A DNA stretch of 64,000 nt. Origin: Nitrospirales bacterium. GTDB lineage: Bacteria; Nitrospirota; Nitrospiria; Nitrospirales; UBA8639. Below are positions 20,043 through 51,719 of this stretch, piece by piece; position 1 is the first letter of the stretch, and every line of letters starts with the position of its first letter. The position numbers were made by a program, and so were the translations under genes. Location of the stretch: NCBI GenBank assembly GCA_965203295.1, contig CBDBCZ010000011.1, positions 512,001 to 576,000 of the forward strand, given 5' to 3'. A model generated the notes under the pieces. It saw only the letters and a list, made by a program, of their open reading frames with translations, searched no databases and was not told the DNA's origin.

Positions 20043-20851
20043 GAACCTATGTGCGGATGTACGGCAGGCTTTGTGCTATGATTCTGTCTAGGTAAGTATG
20101 GTAGAAGTAATTGTAGGACCCATACCAGTAGCTATAACTTCTCTTACATTCTGCAGCATATTTATATTATACCAGAAGTTTGTTAAGACACGATGAGTTG
20201 TTGTTTTTTTTGGCTGGGAGTAGTCCCTGGTGTAAACCAAACTCTGGGCAGGCAGGAAATTTAAAGGCTTGGTGATAATTGAGTCCTGCATTCACATTTT
20301 TTGCATTTCTGGTCCACTTCAGATTGTTCTGTTCAGTTTTTTTGGTTCAGTAAACTCGAGACAGCCTATTATAAATATGAACAAAATCCCACTGGTTTGT
20401 AGGAGAATATTATTGTTGCTGATAGTGGAAACTGAGTTTTGTAGCTAATAGGAAGAGTTGAACCACTAAATTGAGCGAGCCCTTACCTTTCTAATTATGT
20501 CCATTTATCATAACTAGGTTATTAGCTTAGCTCATTATGCTTTGTTTTAATTACTATAGTTTCGGCCTAGTCTTGCTTTGTATACTGTATTTTTTGCCTT
20601 GCTTTGCTTTTTGTAAAATTGACCGTCATTTGTGTCTATATATATGCTATACATTACTATACTAGGGGAGCACTTATATAGGCAAGTCCTCCTATGCATG
20701 CAACACTTTCACTTATGAGATAAAATTATTTCAATTTAAATCAATACCTTCAACTGTAGCCTCGTGCCCAGGCTCATTGCTACTTCAACTGTAGCTGATT
20801 ATGATTATGTTTATTCCTTTAGGTACACATGCAACAACCCTTGATTTCAAT

Positions 20852-21399
20852 ATGTACAAGTTGTGCTTCATCCCTCCCTTTATTGTCGCCACTGGTGCCC
20901 TCATCTGCATCGTAGGTCTTGCCACACCATGGTGGTGCTTGGTTTCTAACCTGCCTGAGCCTATCGAAGGCGTGCACTTTGGACTGTGGCGGGCCTGTTT
21001 CAGTAATGTGTGGGAGACTAGTATTGTATGCGGAGAGGTCACAGGGCTTCTTTCTATCGATGCCACGTGGCTTAATGCTGTCAGGGCAATGGTGATTATT
21101 TCGATATTACTGTCACTGGCAACCCTTCCACTGGCTATTGTGTCCACTGTCAAAAGCAGTTTGATTTTGTCCGCTGCTGCTGCCGTCCTGGTTCTTGCTC
21201 AGCCATAACGATGATGATTGGACTGGCTGTTTTTATTGGGGAGATTTATAAATCGTATCACTTTGACGCCATCTCAGTTGACTGGTCCTATTGCATTGGA
21301 TGGGTTGGCATTGGTTTCTATATCATAGGAGCGGTGTGTCTCATGATTGAAACCCTCATGTTAAAGCGTCCAAATCCATACAAAAACATCGAACATTAA
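20852..21399 (+). pseudogene. Claudin/PMP22-like copy 2, frameshifted as assembled
   Basis: Nearly identical to copy 3 up to TM3. A 1-nt deletion near 21201 (gctcagcc vs gctcaagcc) splits the ORF into 20852-21208 and 21211-21399. Confidence 0.8.
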
Positions 21400-21766
21400 T
21401 CATCAGTAAGTGCTACTTGCCCATGATGGTAGCTGAATCCAGTCATTTTTTTGTAACAGTATTTAATCATGATTAGCTATCATGATTGTAGTCACTCATT
21501 TAGAGGGCATGTACTGGGCCACTGGCCTGTTGCAATTATTAATTTTGACACAATGTTATATATCCTTCGCAGACTATACCAAAGTTGTATTTCATATTAA
21601 ACATGTACAGAAGAGCTACACAATTACTTGGTACATTTCTGTTTCGTGTGAGTGTGTGTGGGTATGATTTTCCAAAGGGTAGGGCAGTTGAGTTCTGCTT
21701 AAATAGCGGCCAAACACGAAATGTCTCACCCGGTACCCCACTGGGCAACGTACGTACGTATACATT

Positions 21767-21866
21767 TGACGTCACTGTCCGTTAAATTAAAAGTCACGTG
21801 CAAAAGAATTCGTCAGTTGGTGTATGAGCGGACGTACCGCAGGCTGTATACTATAATTCCAGCTAG
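21767..21866 (+). promoter_or_regulatory. Putative promoter and non-coding exon 1 of claudin copy 3
   Basis: CRE TGACGTCA at 21767, E-box CACGTG at 21795, Inr-like TCAGTT near 21813, then a ctag|gtaagt donor. The exon is homologous to about 14899-14938 and 20032-20090. Confidence 0.55.
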
Positions 21867-22301
21867 GTAAGTATAATATATGGTAGAAGTACCCCTACCA
21901 GTATATGTAATTTCTCATACAGTCTGCAGTATAATTTGTGTACATAATACATATGCCAGTATAATATTATTACCTGGGATCCGGAGTCGTCCCTCAGGGT
22001 GGAAACTATACTCTGAGCAGGCAGGAAATTTATGGGCTTTGGTCTTGCTTAATTCTGCATTTCAATTTTTTATCTTTGGCATTCCCGGCCCACTCTTGTA
22101 GTTCTGAGTCTCTTTTAATGGTTCAGTACAGCCTGTCATTAATATGAACAATAACCTACTGGTTTGTAAGAAAACTTTGCAATAGAGCCTTCAAGCCCAA
22201 GTGAACCCATAACTTCAAAATCCATTAAAAATTCAATGAACTAATTATGATTACATTTGTTCCTCTGTAGGTATATGTATACAGCAACCTTTTGGTTCAA
22301 T

Positions 22302-22862
22302 ATGTACAAGTTGTGCTTCATCACTCCCTTTATCATCGCCACTGGTGCCCTCATCTGCATTGTAGGTCTTGCCACACCATGGTGGTGCTTGGTTTCTAAC
22401 CTTCCTGAGCCTATCGAAGGTGTGCACTTTGGACTGTGGCGGGCCTGTTTCAGTAGTGCGTGGGAGACTAGTAATGTATGCGGAGAGGTCACAGGGCTTC
22501 TGTTTATTGATGCCACGTGGCTTAATGCTGTCAGGGCAATGGTGATTATTTCGATATTGCTGTCACTGGCAACCCTTCCACTGGCTGTTGTGTCCACTGT
22601 CAAAAGCAGTTTGATTTTGTCAGCTGCTGCTGCCCTCCTGGTTCTTGCTCAAGCCATAACGATGATGATTGGACTGGCTGTTTTTATTGGGGAGATCCAC
22701 GACGAATTTAATGGTTTTGGTGTCAGCTCTGTTGGCTGGTCCTATGGCATTGGATGGGCTGGCGTTGGCTTCTACATCACGGGAACAGTGTGCCTTGTCA
22801 TCCAGACCGTCATGCTAAAGCGTGAAAATCGCTACGAAAACATCACTCATGACTATCTGTAG
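22302..22862 (+). CDS. Claudin/PMP22/EMP-superfamily tetraspan protein, copy 3 (186 aa)
   Basis: HFGLWRAC...C, GWSYGIGW, four TM segments, C-terminal ...HDYL* (possible PDZ ligand). Confidence 0.9.
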   Translation: MYKLCFITPFIIATGALICIVGLATPWWCLVSNLPEPIEGVHFGLWRACFSSAWETSNVCGEVTGLLFIDATWLNAVRAMVIISILLSLATLPLAVVSTVKSSLILSAAAALLVLAQAITMMIGLAVFIGEIHDEFNGFGVSSVGWSYGIGWAGVGFYITGTVCLVIQTVMLKRENRYENITHDYL

Positions 22863-23680
22863 GTCATTGACAAGTGCTGTCTAATGGCTGCCACACTCTG
22901 CAATTTGCTCAATGGAAACTTGTGTTGTAGTTGTATTTTATCACAGTAGCAAGTTGTCACTCATTTAGAGGGCATACACTTAACCATTGGCCATCCACAA
23001 GCATCTGTTGTTATCATTTGCAAACAGCCACTCAATGCACATTATCATTTTTGCATTGTGCATTTTATCATTTTTCGTGCATTACTACAACTATAATTAT
23101 GTATTGTCAATAATTTTAGGAGATGCACTGAGCAGCTCTCAGTATAGTTATAGCAAAAATTGCAACTCTTGAAAATGAGTATTTTCAAGGGTTGAGGAAG
23201 TTCAATGATTAGTTCTGAGCCTATACTGCTCAATTAAGAAGCTGTACAGTGTTCCATTTCTCGAACCATGCCCCTATTGCCTAATACGATCAATATGTGC
23301 TTCAAGTACCTGTATACATATCTTTCGTTTGGTTACATTTAAAACAATCACTGATGAAGTGTTAATCAATGACAGCATACATACAGAATGTAGGACTTCA
23401 CTTGCATATAAAATCATTTTATGAAACATGCAGAACGGAATGAGCTCCATACAATAGTGAAATGTGAACCTCAAGCAGGGGACAAATAGCCAACCTGTAC
23501 AGTGAATATATATATACTGGGTTGGTGTACAGCATATACCAGTAGTACAAGCATTGCAAATGTAATACATAATTTTATTGTGTGTTGATGAGCTACTGGC
23601 AAATGGGCCCACAATTCTGTACGCAGCCATGTAGCATAAGTCAACATGGATGAATGGCTGTTCCAAATAGTATCCAGCTA

Positions 23681-23941
23681 TCACTGCTTTTGCTTGTGCC
23701 TGGGTTTCTTTGAGCACACAACGCGCAGCTTTCCTTTTCTCTTGACGAACCTGCAGCCGGAACACAACAGTTTCAGAGACGCTCTGACTTTGTAGGTCCT
23801 CAGCAGCGACAGCTGCAGTCCATAGGTGGTCATTCCACCAATATGCCCTCCATTGAAAATAGTCCTTTCAAAAATACGAGGTAGAAAACTGCTTGCGAGG
23901 CAGGAACTCCAGGAACGGAGAAGTCTTACAGAGGCTGCCAT
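23681..23941 (-). CDS. MRPL36: Mitochondrial ribosomal protein bL36m
   Basis: Arg/Ser/Leu-rich presequence followed by [37 protein letters not shown] (L36 zinc ribbon). Confidence 0.95.
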   Translation of the reverse strand: MAASVRLLRSWSSCLASSFLPRIFERTIFNGGHIGGMTTYGLQLSLLRTYKVRASLKLLCSGCRFVKRKGKLRVVCSKKPRHKQKQ

Positions 23942-24243
23942 TTTTTTCCCTCTTTTTTCTCCTGAAATAAGGTAACTAAAGAGTTAATAAATTAATTAAA
24001 ATATGATTAATTAACCTACTGAGGACGGAATTCTGGCTGGCTGGTTTTGACTGGTCCGTGGATCCAGTGCCTTTACTGTTTTGGACTGGTAGCTTGCGAA
24101 TACGGAAATCTTCCTGAAAGTTTGCCTTGAATTTTTTTGGGAAGTCTGCAAGTTGTTGTTGTTGATAAGAAGACTAGGGAAAGGATAGGGTTGCATTAAT
24201 TGGAGTTTGGCCCCTCCATCCCGCGCGTACTGGGCTGTATACC
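23942..24243. promoter_or_regulatory. Bidirectional promoter region MRPL36 / RanBP2
   Basis: The two start codons diverge with only 302 nt between them. Confidence 0.7.
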
Positions 24244-42477
<18,234 letters not shown>

Positions 42478-43852
42478 GTAAACCTTGTTTGTGATAATTG
42501 TAATAGCCTAATCTTAAAGGCTGCCGCGGTTCAGCCATCTATGTACAGCATCATGTAGTCACATGCTCTCTCACTGGCTTCACTACATGTAGCTCAGACA
42601 TACTCCTGCTTCTCAAAACACTATTATTCATAGCAATTATGTCTGCCAATCTGTAATGAATACTATCAAATGCAAAACCCACAAGTGAGATGCACAGAGG
42701 CTACCTATATAAATGAAGGGCTTATAGAGGCCAGTGGGTGTTGCTCTCCCTAGCTGCAACAATTAGTAACAATTTTTGGAAGGCCAGATGTCCTTGGACA
42801 CAGGCCCACAAAGCTGCTAGACTAACAAAGACCACACTCAAGTTATCTGCCCAAGTCCACCGATTCAGCCTCGACCTCCGACCTCTGACGTTGCACTCCT
42901 TTTTTGCTCACTCTCACTGCTTGTGTTGTTGCAAATGCTGTCTTGCTAATCTCAAGCATATTCATCATCATCATACTTCGCAGTGCAATGTGCTGTCTTC
43001 GTTTGTGTCCTGTAGCCAGTATTGCATGACACACTTATTGCAGTACCACTTCTATAGGAAATACATTGCTGTAATTATTATACAGCTAATAGTCCATTTT
43101 GGTGTTACTGAAATCACCTAATAACCAAATATGGAGTAGGAGATGTACATGTAGGTATCATGCTGACATCAACAATGGCTGCCTTAAAGTATAATACTGT
43201 GTGCATGAGTAATTTTTTCGTCCGTAAGTTCCGACTCGGCAACAGGGAAGTAACACCTGCTTTTACAGAAGAGAATGGGCAAACAAGAGCAGTTTGCACT
43301 GGAGAACCCAGGCCAAAACAGGACACAGGTTGTAAGGACATTGATGGAAAAAAAGCACATTGATCACGTTATTGCTGAGGTGTAGCTAGGCTGTAGGAAT
43401 TATATACACCTCATGGCTGCCATGTTTGAATTTCCCCGTCCTCAAAGCTACTTTATGACATCGTAGTAAGTATGTCTCTCATTTAATAGCATCAAAGTGC
43501 GGAACCAATGTAAGTCAAGGGATTGGAAGCTGGCCACATGAAAATTGTTTTAAAGGGGTTGAAATTAAAGTACTCAGTTTCCTCATGTTTGTTCCTCCTG
43601 TCTCTCTCCCTGTTAACATTGTGGAATGGTAAATATAATGCTTGTTACTCCGTGCGTATGCAATTGGTTCTGTCTATCTGGTGTCTGTTTGTCCAGGGCT
43701 ATCTCGCTATTTACGGGGTTAAGCGATTGCTAAACCCGAAAGTAACATAGAAATCTAAAAAAATATCAATGTGTGTATACCTGTTTGTGACCAAAGCGGT
43801 TTCTATTCTCCACATTTCCAACTCTCTCTTATTCAACACGGCTGAGGGATTC

Positions 43853-44489
<637 letters not shown>

Positions 44490-44593
44490 ATATCCTCTAT
44501 ATAGCATATAGTTGCTGTTATGCTTAGTGTACTGCCAGTGTGTAGTCACATGCTCCCTCGCCAGCTTCCTTAGCTTGATATGCTTTGAAAAGT

Positions 44594-44975
44594 TAATTGG
44601 GGTGAGCCTGAACAAGCCCCAAACTTAGCAACTTGGCTGTGCAATTGCTGTCTGTGTGGTATGTGTGTCTTACCGAATATTCGTAAATTCTAATGCGGGA
44701 TTACGTGCATACTTCATTTTTGGTTAGCAACTGTCACCATGGATACTTCGTCAATTCTAGAGGCGAGCACTTCCGGAGGTTAGGCTACAACAGAACCGAG
44801 AGAGCCACAGGCTGGCAGTGCCTGACTTTTAGTAAGAAGACCCATTGTACTTCATGAAATAGGAACTGATTCTGAAGAATTTGTGCATGCACACTTTTTC
44901 TCATTGTCATCACCTTTACTACTGCATGCTACATGCTTCGTGAAGGCTTGCCCCGCTATGCCCTGCTTATCACTG
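44594..44975 (+). mobile_element. Second HINE-like insertion interrupting the collagen 3' flank
   Basis: Subterminal inverted repeat ggggtgagcct (about 44599) / aggcttgcccc (about 44944); the flanks rejoin as the collagen 3'-flank seen uninterrupted near 53990-54075. Confidence 0.5.
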
Positions 44976-45184
44976 TAATTTTGTTAGCCAAATAAGATGT
45001 GAATCAAAGTGCAAAACCCATGGACGTTATAAATGAAGGGCTTTGAGGGATGGCTTCGTGATAATTTGGCGAGTACAAAACAAGATTATGAAATAGTGTT
45101 GCAGCAATGTGTTTATAAATTGAGCTAGTGTGTGATTCAGTAGCTTGTGCTTGCAGTGTGAGTTTGTGGGAACAGTCAGCAGTA

Positions 45185-46092
45185 TCACTTGGTGCACACG
45201 ACACAGGTCAGTTCTTTCTCTGGGTCGTAGGGTGGGCAGGGGAGTTCAGTGCAGGTGGCTTCAGTGTGGTGGAGCAGAGCAGGATCTGTGTTTGCTGCAC
45301 TGCCTGGTACAGTCTCTGCATCTTTGTCTACGCACTCAAACATTAATCGGTGATGACCAGTGTGTGCTGCCATGAGGTAGCCAGTGTATTCAAGGGTCCA
45401 GGAGGGTGGACACTGGGTCTTTGCAGGGATCATGAAAACTGCCACTCTGGTCAAGGTGAAGCACATGGCACAAGGTACCCCATGGTTCTCAACAGAGCTT
45501 AGAGGACCTGCACCAGTCTGGTACTCAACCCCATAGACTGGACTGTAGCCTTGCACTCCAGCCCCGTACTGTATATAGTCTGGGTTTTCTGGCAGGCAGA
45601 GGTGGTTGGCTGCTCCTCCTTGTATATTATATTTGGTTCCTCCAGCCCTTCCTGCATAGACTAGCTCTGTTCCTGGTGTGTTGGGGCAGGTTGTTCGTCC
45701 CCAGCGAGTGTAGACCACCCCTCCACCGTTTGGGCCAGGAGGTCCAGGTGGGCCTTGGTCGCCAGAGGGTCCCCTCTCCCCATCTACCCCATCCCTGCCT
45801 GCAGGTCCAGTGGGTCCAGGTGGGCCTGGCAGCCCATCACGACCGTCACGACCTTCCTTGCCATCTTGCCCGTTTTGTCCTCGCAGTAACTCAATGAGAG
45901 GGTTGAAGTCAAAGCGGTCAGTTTCCTCGTGTGTGTTCCTCTTGGTGAGCGCTGCCACTCCACCTGATGTGATTGAGGAACAATAAACTCATTTAGCTAT
46001 CTCCAATTTAGTTACATACCTTCTGTAGTGGAGGCTGCACAGATCAGAATGGTGGCAGTAAGCAACACTGGTACAGCAGTCACTGGCCACAT
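45185..46092 (-). CDS. Short-chain collagen C4 (spongin-type NC1), copy 1; exons 46020-46092 and 45185-45963; 17 GXY triplets
   Basis: Signal peptide exon [22 protein letters not shown], 56-nt GT-AG intron, KR site, GXY run, NC1 [10 protein letters not shown]...[10 protein letters not shown]...VPCAMC...[19 protein letters not shown]...CPPY...ELTCVVCTK*. Confidence 0.93.
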
Positions 46093-46175
46093 CTTACTCG
46101 AGCTATGTGTGGTAATTGAACTATCTGAGGGTTAATTATGTAGCTCCAAAGGCGAAACCCAAGAGAGTTCATTAA

Positions 46176-46304
46176 CCCTTTCACCGGTAGAGACCTGCTT
46201 CCATAAGGCCCGTATAAATTTATATAGTGTTTTTATATTAGGCATTGTATTTGGCTTTTGTTTTGTTTCTTTGGGCAGTAAAATGGGCTATACCTGTGAA
46301 AGGG
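46176..46304. mobile_element. piggyBac-type MITE with TTAA TSD in the promoter region of C4 copy 1
   Basis: ttaa|ccctttcaccggta ... tacctgtgaaaggg|ttaa; a lone end occurs near 16033. Confidence 0.85.
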
Positions 46305-46371
46305 TTAACCTGAGGAAGTACATCATTAACCTGAGGAAGTACATCATTAACCTGAGGAAGTACATCATTAA
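46305..46371 (+). repeat. Three perfect tandem 21-mers ttaacctgaggaagtacatca
   Basis: Direct inspection. Confidence 0.93.
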
Positions 46372-47108
46372 CCCCCAAAGGTTGGTACAATACTGTACAA
46401 TTAAGAAGCCATGGAGCAACTTGCTTGTATCATAATTGGTCTAATCAGCACTAATTAGTCTAGGGCACTACTCTGGCTGTTGCATGGCAATGGCGAATCA
46501 GTTTGCTGGGTTGTCAGCATTGCCTTATTTGGCCAAACGCCCGCTGGATTTAACACTAATACTGAGTAGGCTTGAGATCCAAGTCTTTGCTATTCCTCAA
46601 CTCTTGGATTTTATTTTCCCTGTTTTCCACTAGTATTCTTCTAATGATATATATTTGTTCCTCTACTGGAACACAAGTGAGCGTTCTATGGAAGATAAGA
46701 CATTGATTTGTCGACACTAATACACCAGCCACTTAATCAGACGCGATTGATACTATCATATAGTACTAGCTAGCACTCAACCAAAAAAATCTATCTATTG
46801 AACACCCAGTCCTCATGCATTGCCGGCCGGAGGGCAGGGTCGGTCCACTCATCGCTGCGCCACCTTATAACACTCAATTTATTTTTGCCAATTAAGAATA
46901 TCATCAAAGTGCAAAACCCATGGGTGATATAAGGGAAGGGTTTAGAGGGCTAGCTATGTGAAAATTGGGGTTAAAAAAATAGGGGTATACAAAACAAGGT
47001 TACAAGAGGCACTAGTATTGCAGTAGATTTTTATAAACTGAGCTAGTGTGTGGTTCAGTAGTTTGTTTGCAGTGAGAGTTGTGGGAACAGTCATTAGCAA
47101 TCACGGTA

Positions 47109-47974
47109 TCACTTGGTACACACGACACAGGTCAGTTTTTTCTCTTGGTCGTAGGGTGGGCAGGGGAGTTCCCTGCAGGTAGCCTCAGTGTGATAGGGTA
47201 GAGCAGGATCACTCTGTGCAGCACTGCCTGGTACAGTCTCTGGATCTTTGTCTATGCACTCAAACATTGTTCGGCGATTTCTATTGTGTGCTGTCAGGAG
47301 GTAGCCAGTGTACTCGAGGGCCCAGGGTGGACAATGGGTCTTTGCAGGGATCATGAGAACTGTCTCTCTGACTGAGGTGTGACACACTGCACATGGTGCG
47401 TCATGGTTTTCAACAGAGTTCAGAGGACCTGCACCGGTATGGTACTCAACCCCACGAACTTGACTGTCACCCCGCACTCCAGCCTTGAACTGTAGATAGT
47501 CTGGGTTTTCTGGCATGCAGAGGTAGTTGGCTGCTCCTCCGTGAGAATTATGCCAGCCCTTCCTGCATAGACCAGCTCTGTTCCTGTTGTGTTGGGGCAG
47601 GTTGTTCGTCCCCAGCGAGTGTAGACCACCCCTCCACTACTTGGGCCAGGAGGTCCAGGTGGGCCTTGGATGCCAGAGGGTCCCCTCTCCCCATCCACCC
47701 CATCCCTGCCTGCAGGTCCAGCGGGTCCAGGTGGGCCTGGCAGCCCATCACGACCGTCACGACCTTCCTTGCCATCTTGCCCGTTTTGTCCTCGCAGTAA
47801 CTCAATTAGAGGGTTGAAGTCAAAATGGCCAGTTTCCTCATGACCTAATATGATTGAGGAACAATAAAACCCATTTAGCTATTTATAATTTTATTACATA
47901 CCTTCTGCAGTGTAGGCTGCACAGATCAGAATGGTGGCAGTAAGCCACACAGGTACAGCATTCACTGGCCACAT
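47109..47974 (-). pseudogene. Short-chain collagen C4, copy 2 (frameshifted)
   Basis: Signal exon 47902-47974 is retained. A deletion at the start of exon 2 (about 47840) and a frameshifting deletion near 47552 split the collagen part from NC1. Confidence 0.85.
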
Positions 47975-48329
47975 CTCACTCAAGCTATACTTGTACCACA
48001 AGTTGTACCATCTGAGTATAATGATGTACATAATTAACCTGACAAAGTGCATCTTTAACCCCCCAAGGTCAGTACAGTACAGTACAATCAGTTTGCTAAG
48101 TTATCAGCAAATCCTTATTTGGAGAACCGCTTGCCCAGCTGAATTTCACACTAATACTGAGTAGGCATGACCATAGATAGTATCTACGGCATGACTGATA
48201 CTCATCATGTATTCTAGTGCTAGTTAGCACTCAGCCAAAAAAAGCTGTCTATTGAGCACCCAGTCCTCATGCATTGCTGGCCGGAGGGCAGGGCCAATCT
48301 GCTCATTGTTGCACAACCAAAAACACTGA

Positions 48330-49180
48330 GCCTTGCTACTATTCTAGAATAGTAGCAAGGCCCAACTATTCCAGCATACAATGCAGGCAGCTAGCTATTA
48401 CTATCATGGCGATATCTAAATCACTGTTAAAGCGAGTGGAAGAAGGCTGGAAAAATGCTAATTCAAGTTTTTTTAAGAAAGCCAGCCCTTTCCCTTTCAG
48501 AATGGAAGAGTGGTTTAATAGTGGTTCGAACAAAGACTTTTAAGCCCCCAAACCTAAGAAACGGCGTAAGTCATTGAGTCTTGATAAGAAGCTTAAGGAG
48601 AATAGTCACTGAAAAAGAGGCTGAGAAATCTGCCAAGGGTGTTGTACCCCAAAACACGGAGAAAAATGACTGCCGGGCTATCAATATGTTCAACGTGTGG
48701 GTAAAATAGAACATTGTAAAAAGAGCTGGCACCCAATGACCTGTGCCCTGACGATGTCTTGGATGGGGGTGGTGCTGAGCTGCTGAACAAATGATTGTCA
48801 CTGTTCGTAATGGAGGTTCGAAAAGTAGATGGTTGTTATCCACCTGTATCAATTTATTTGATCTTGTGTAGCTTACAACACTACAAATAACGACTCTTCT
48901 GTCAATATATTAGACAAAACGGACGTTTGTTTTCAAGGTCTTCGTGGAACCATGGAACTGTTTACCAAAATCTGCATAAGTAAGGAATGGGGGTTGAAAT
49001 TGCAGCGATAATAGCAGAGGAAGAGGTGGATCATTTCTGGACTTTTGGAATACTTGGTGATCAACCGCCAAGAGCTCTGGTTCTAAGTTTGTTTGTTTTT
49101 TCAAAAACTTTTGTCTCCGGGGTGGTCAAGAACACAGAAAGCTCAAGTTGTCTCAATTTGTGCGTGAAAAACACATCACT
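48330..49180 (+). mobile_element. Degraded CryptonA-type (DUF3504 tyrosine recombinase) element preceded by a perfect 32-bp palindrome
   Basis: Broken frames give KGVVPQNTEKNDCRAINMFNVW, IIAEEEVDHFWTFGILG and NFCLRGGQEHRKLKLSQF (catalytic Arg motif). The palindrome gccttgctactattctagaatagtagcaaggc is at 48330-48361. Confidence 0.75.
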
Positions 49181-50136
49181 ACTTTCTGCTAGTAGCATTT
49201 TTACTGTGCAGCCTGTTTTGTTTTGACTTGTTTTTGAGAGACATAGTATACCCTCCCTGGAGGATTCCTATTTCTGTGTGGGGTATCCCCGAGGCTTTGT
49301 TTATGACATAGCAATTTCCATATTTGCATCACCCATACTCACTGACTATGAATTTTGGCCACTTTGCAGTAATGATGATGGATACATCCGGCCACCATTG
49401 TACTGTGATCTGGCTGACATTTAAGAAGGTCATGGTGTTCACATGCCCTTGTTGTTGCCTGTACCGTAGAGTACGTATCAAGCTCTCACCCCCCTCAGTG
49501 TCAACTTCCTGCAAGGGGTACGTTTTTTCACATAGTATCCGCCCACTCAAACGCATTGCAAACGCACGATGCAAAGAGGTAAGTAGAGCCTTTTTTAACC
49601 TACTATGGAAGCATATGTATTAGAATAGCTATGAAAGCATGCAGATAATTGCAAAATATACGAAGTAGCTAGCTGACTTACCGTCGGTATTCCAATTAAA
49701 GCACCCTAAAGATCGATTTTACTGCTTGATTTCGCTCACTAGGTTTTAGTTGTAAGGCCTCACCCCCCTCTTCCGCTGCATCCTAAGGTTCCCCGCCCAT
49801 GGGCGCTTGATACGTACTCCACGGTAGTAGCATGATTTGTTGACCAGGAATGGTTTTGGTGTTGGTAAAACTATCTGGCTGCAATTTTTAGGGATAGTAT
49901 ATGTAGTCATGTGCTTCCAATACCCAGTCCTTTGCTTGGCTGAAGCAATAGTATATACGTACCGGTACCTTTCAGGAGGTAACTAGAGATTTTGTAGTAT
50001 TTTGTCGCATTGAATTTTGAATTTAGCTGTCTGTGCGCCGTATTGTGTAGTCATAATTATGTGAAGGCTTTTTGCTAATTACTTACATAGCGAATATTCA
50101 TAGCAATTGTGTGTGCTAATCAGTGAATGAATGCCA

Positions 50137-50306
50137 TCAAAGTGCTAAAACCCACAAGTGAGATGAATGCTGCCTTCTACCTGATAAGATTGTCGTATTA
50201 CATGTATCTCTTTTTAAAATGTAGTGTTACCTGCTGGGGTGTGGGGTACACAGGTTGAAATGATGGCAGTAAGTAACACAGGCATGGCATTCACTGGCCA
50301 CGTCAT
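50137..50306 (-). other. C4-derived mini-gene A (signal exon 50231-50306 + 44-nt exon 50137-50180)
   Basis: Paralog of C4 exon 1 with ATG, GT donor and CAG acceptor, joined directly to C4 3'-flank sequence; collagen and NC1 are deleted. Confidence 0.65.
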
Positions 50307-50691
50307 GGTTCAGAGCTCTTTCTTACTAACTTGCTTGTGTTCACTGTAACCTGCTGTGATCATGTCTCTGCATGATGTTTAATGTACTGCCAGTGTGTAG
50401 TCACATGCTCCCTCGCCAGCTTCCTTAGTTCCGTATGCTCCTGCTTCTTCAAAGATGCTTTATGATTAGTAGCTATGTTTGCCAATTAATGTGTGAATGA
50501 ATATCATCAGTGCAAAACCCAGGGATGGTACAAGTGAAGGCTATCGACGTCAAAATTGGGGGATACAAAATGAGGTTACAAGAGACACTAGTATTGCAGT
50601 AAAACCTTTCTAAACTAAACTAAACTAGTGTGAGGTTCAGTGCTTGTGCTTGCAGTGTGAGTTGTAGGAACAGTCATTAGTAGTTACTGTA

Positions 50692-51324
50692 TTACTTGGT
50701 GCACACGACACAGGTCAGTTCTTTCTGTGGGTCGTAGGGTGGGCAGAGAAATTCACTGCAGGTGGCCTCAGTGTGGTAAAACAGAGCAGGATTTGTGTTT
50801 GTAGCACTGCCTGGTACACTCTGTGGATCCTTGTCTATGCACTCGAACATTGATCGGCGTTGACTATTGGAAGCTGACATGAGGTAGCCAGTGTATTCGA
50901 GGGTCCAGGAGGGTGGGCACTGTGTCTTTGCAGGGATCATGAGAACTATCTCTCTGGCTGAGGTGCAACACACTGCACAGGGTGCATCATGTTGGAAGAC
51001 TGACCTCAGAGGATCTGTACTTGAGGAAGTTTCATACTCGACCCCATAGACTGAACTGTAGCCCTGCACTCCAGCCCCGTACCGTAGATAGTCTGGGTTG
51101 TCTGGCATGCAGAGGTAGTTGGCTGCTCCTCCTTGAGCATTGAAATGTGTTCCTCCAGCCCTTCCTGCATAGACCAGCTCTGTTCCTGGTGTGTTGGGGC
51201 AGGTTGTTCGTCCCCAGCGAGTGTAGATCACCCCTCCACTGCTCGGGCCAGGAGGTCCAGGTGGGCCTTGGTTGCCAGAGGGTCCCCTCTCCCCATCCAC
51301 CCCATCCCTGCCTGCCTGCAGGTC
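50692..51324 (-). pseudogene. Short-chain collagen C4, copy 3, 5'-deleted (NC1 intact)
   Basis: Open NC1 with a few GXY triplets. At about 51325 it joins the upstream region (gcttgaaaacc, cf. 55366), so exon 1, the intron and the start of exon 2 are missing; there is also a 4-nt duplication near 51310. Confidence 0.8.
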
Positions 51325-51719
51325 CTGCTTGAAAACCTTGTGATCATGGCTCTGGGTGGTTCTTTATATATCCACCCCAGGCTGAGCCCTGTACTTCATG
51401 CATACCACACTGGCTATGTTTATGATTACGGCTCGTGGGTGGCTTGAGGCCGGTGGACGTCACTGCTCTCTGAGAGCAACATGTTTACCGCGCTGACTGT
51501 TTTTGCTCAGACTAGTTTGTGGGAGATGTAGTAGCCTCTCAGAAGGTCTGTGTGGGGTATCCCTGAGGCTGTGTACTGTGTGTGCCATATTTGCATCACC
51601 CGTACTCACTGACTATGAATTCTGCCTGCTTTACAATAACTAGAAGTCTCTATAGCACAGTAAACACGATGCCATCGATAATTACGTGATCACTTCCGGT
51701 TTTGCTATACGCATACGCG

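Noticed and set aside
43269..43328. Phase-0 AG/GT-bounded segment (KRMGKQEQFALENPGQNRTQ) as RanBP2 exon 17
   Set aside because: The frame is compatible but I see no similarity to the expected RanBP2 continuation; it needs RNA evidence.
46305..46371. Regular direct repeats as a possible CRISPR array
   Set aside because: Head-to-tail 21-mers with no spacers and no cas genes, in eukaryotic DNA.
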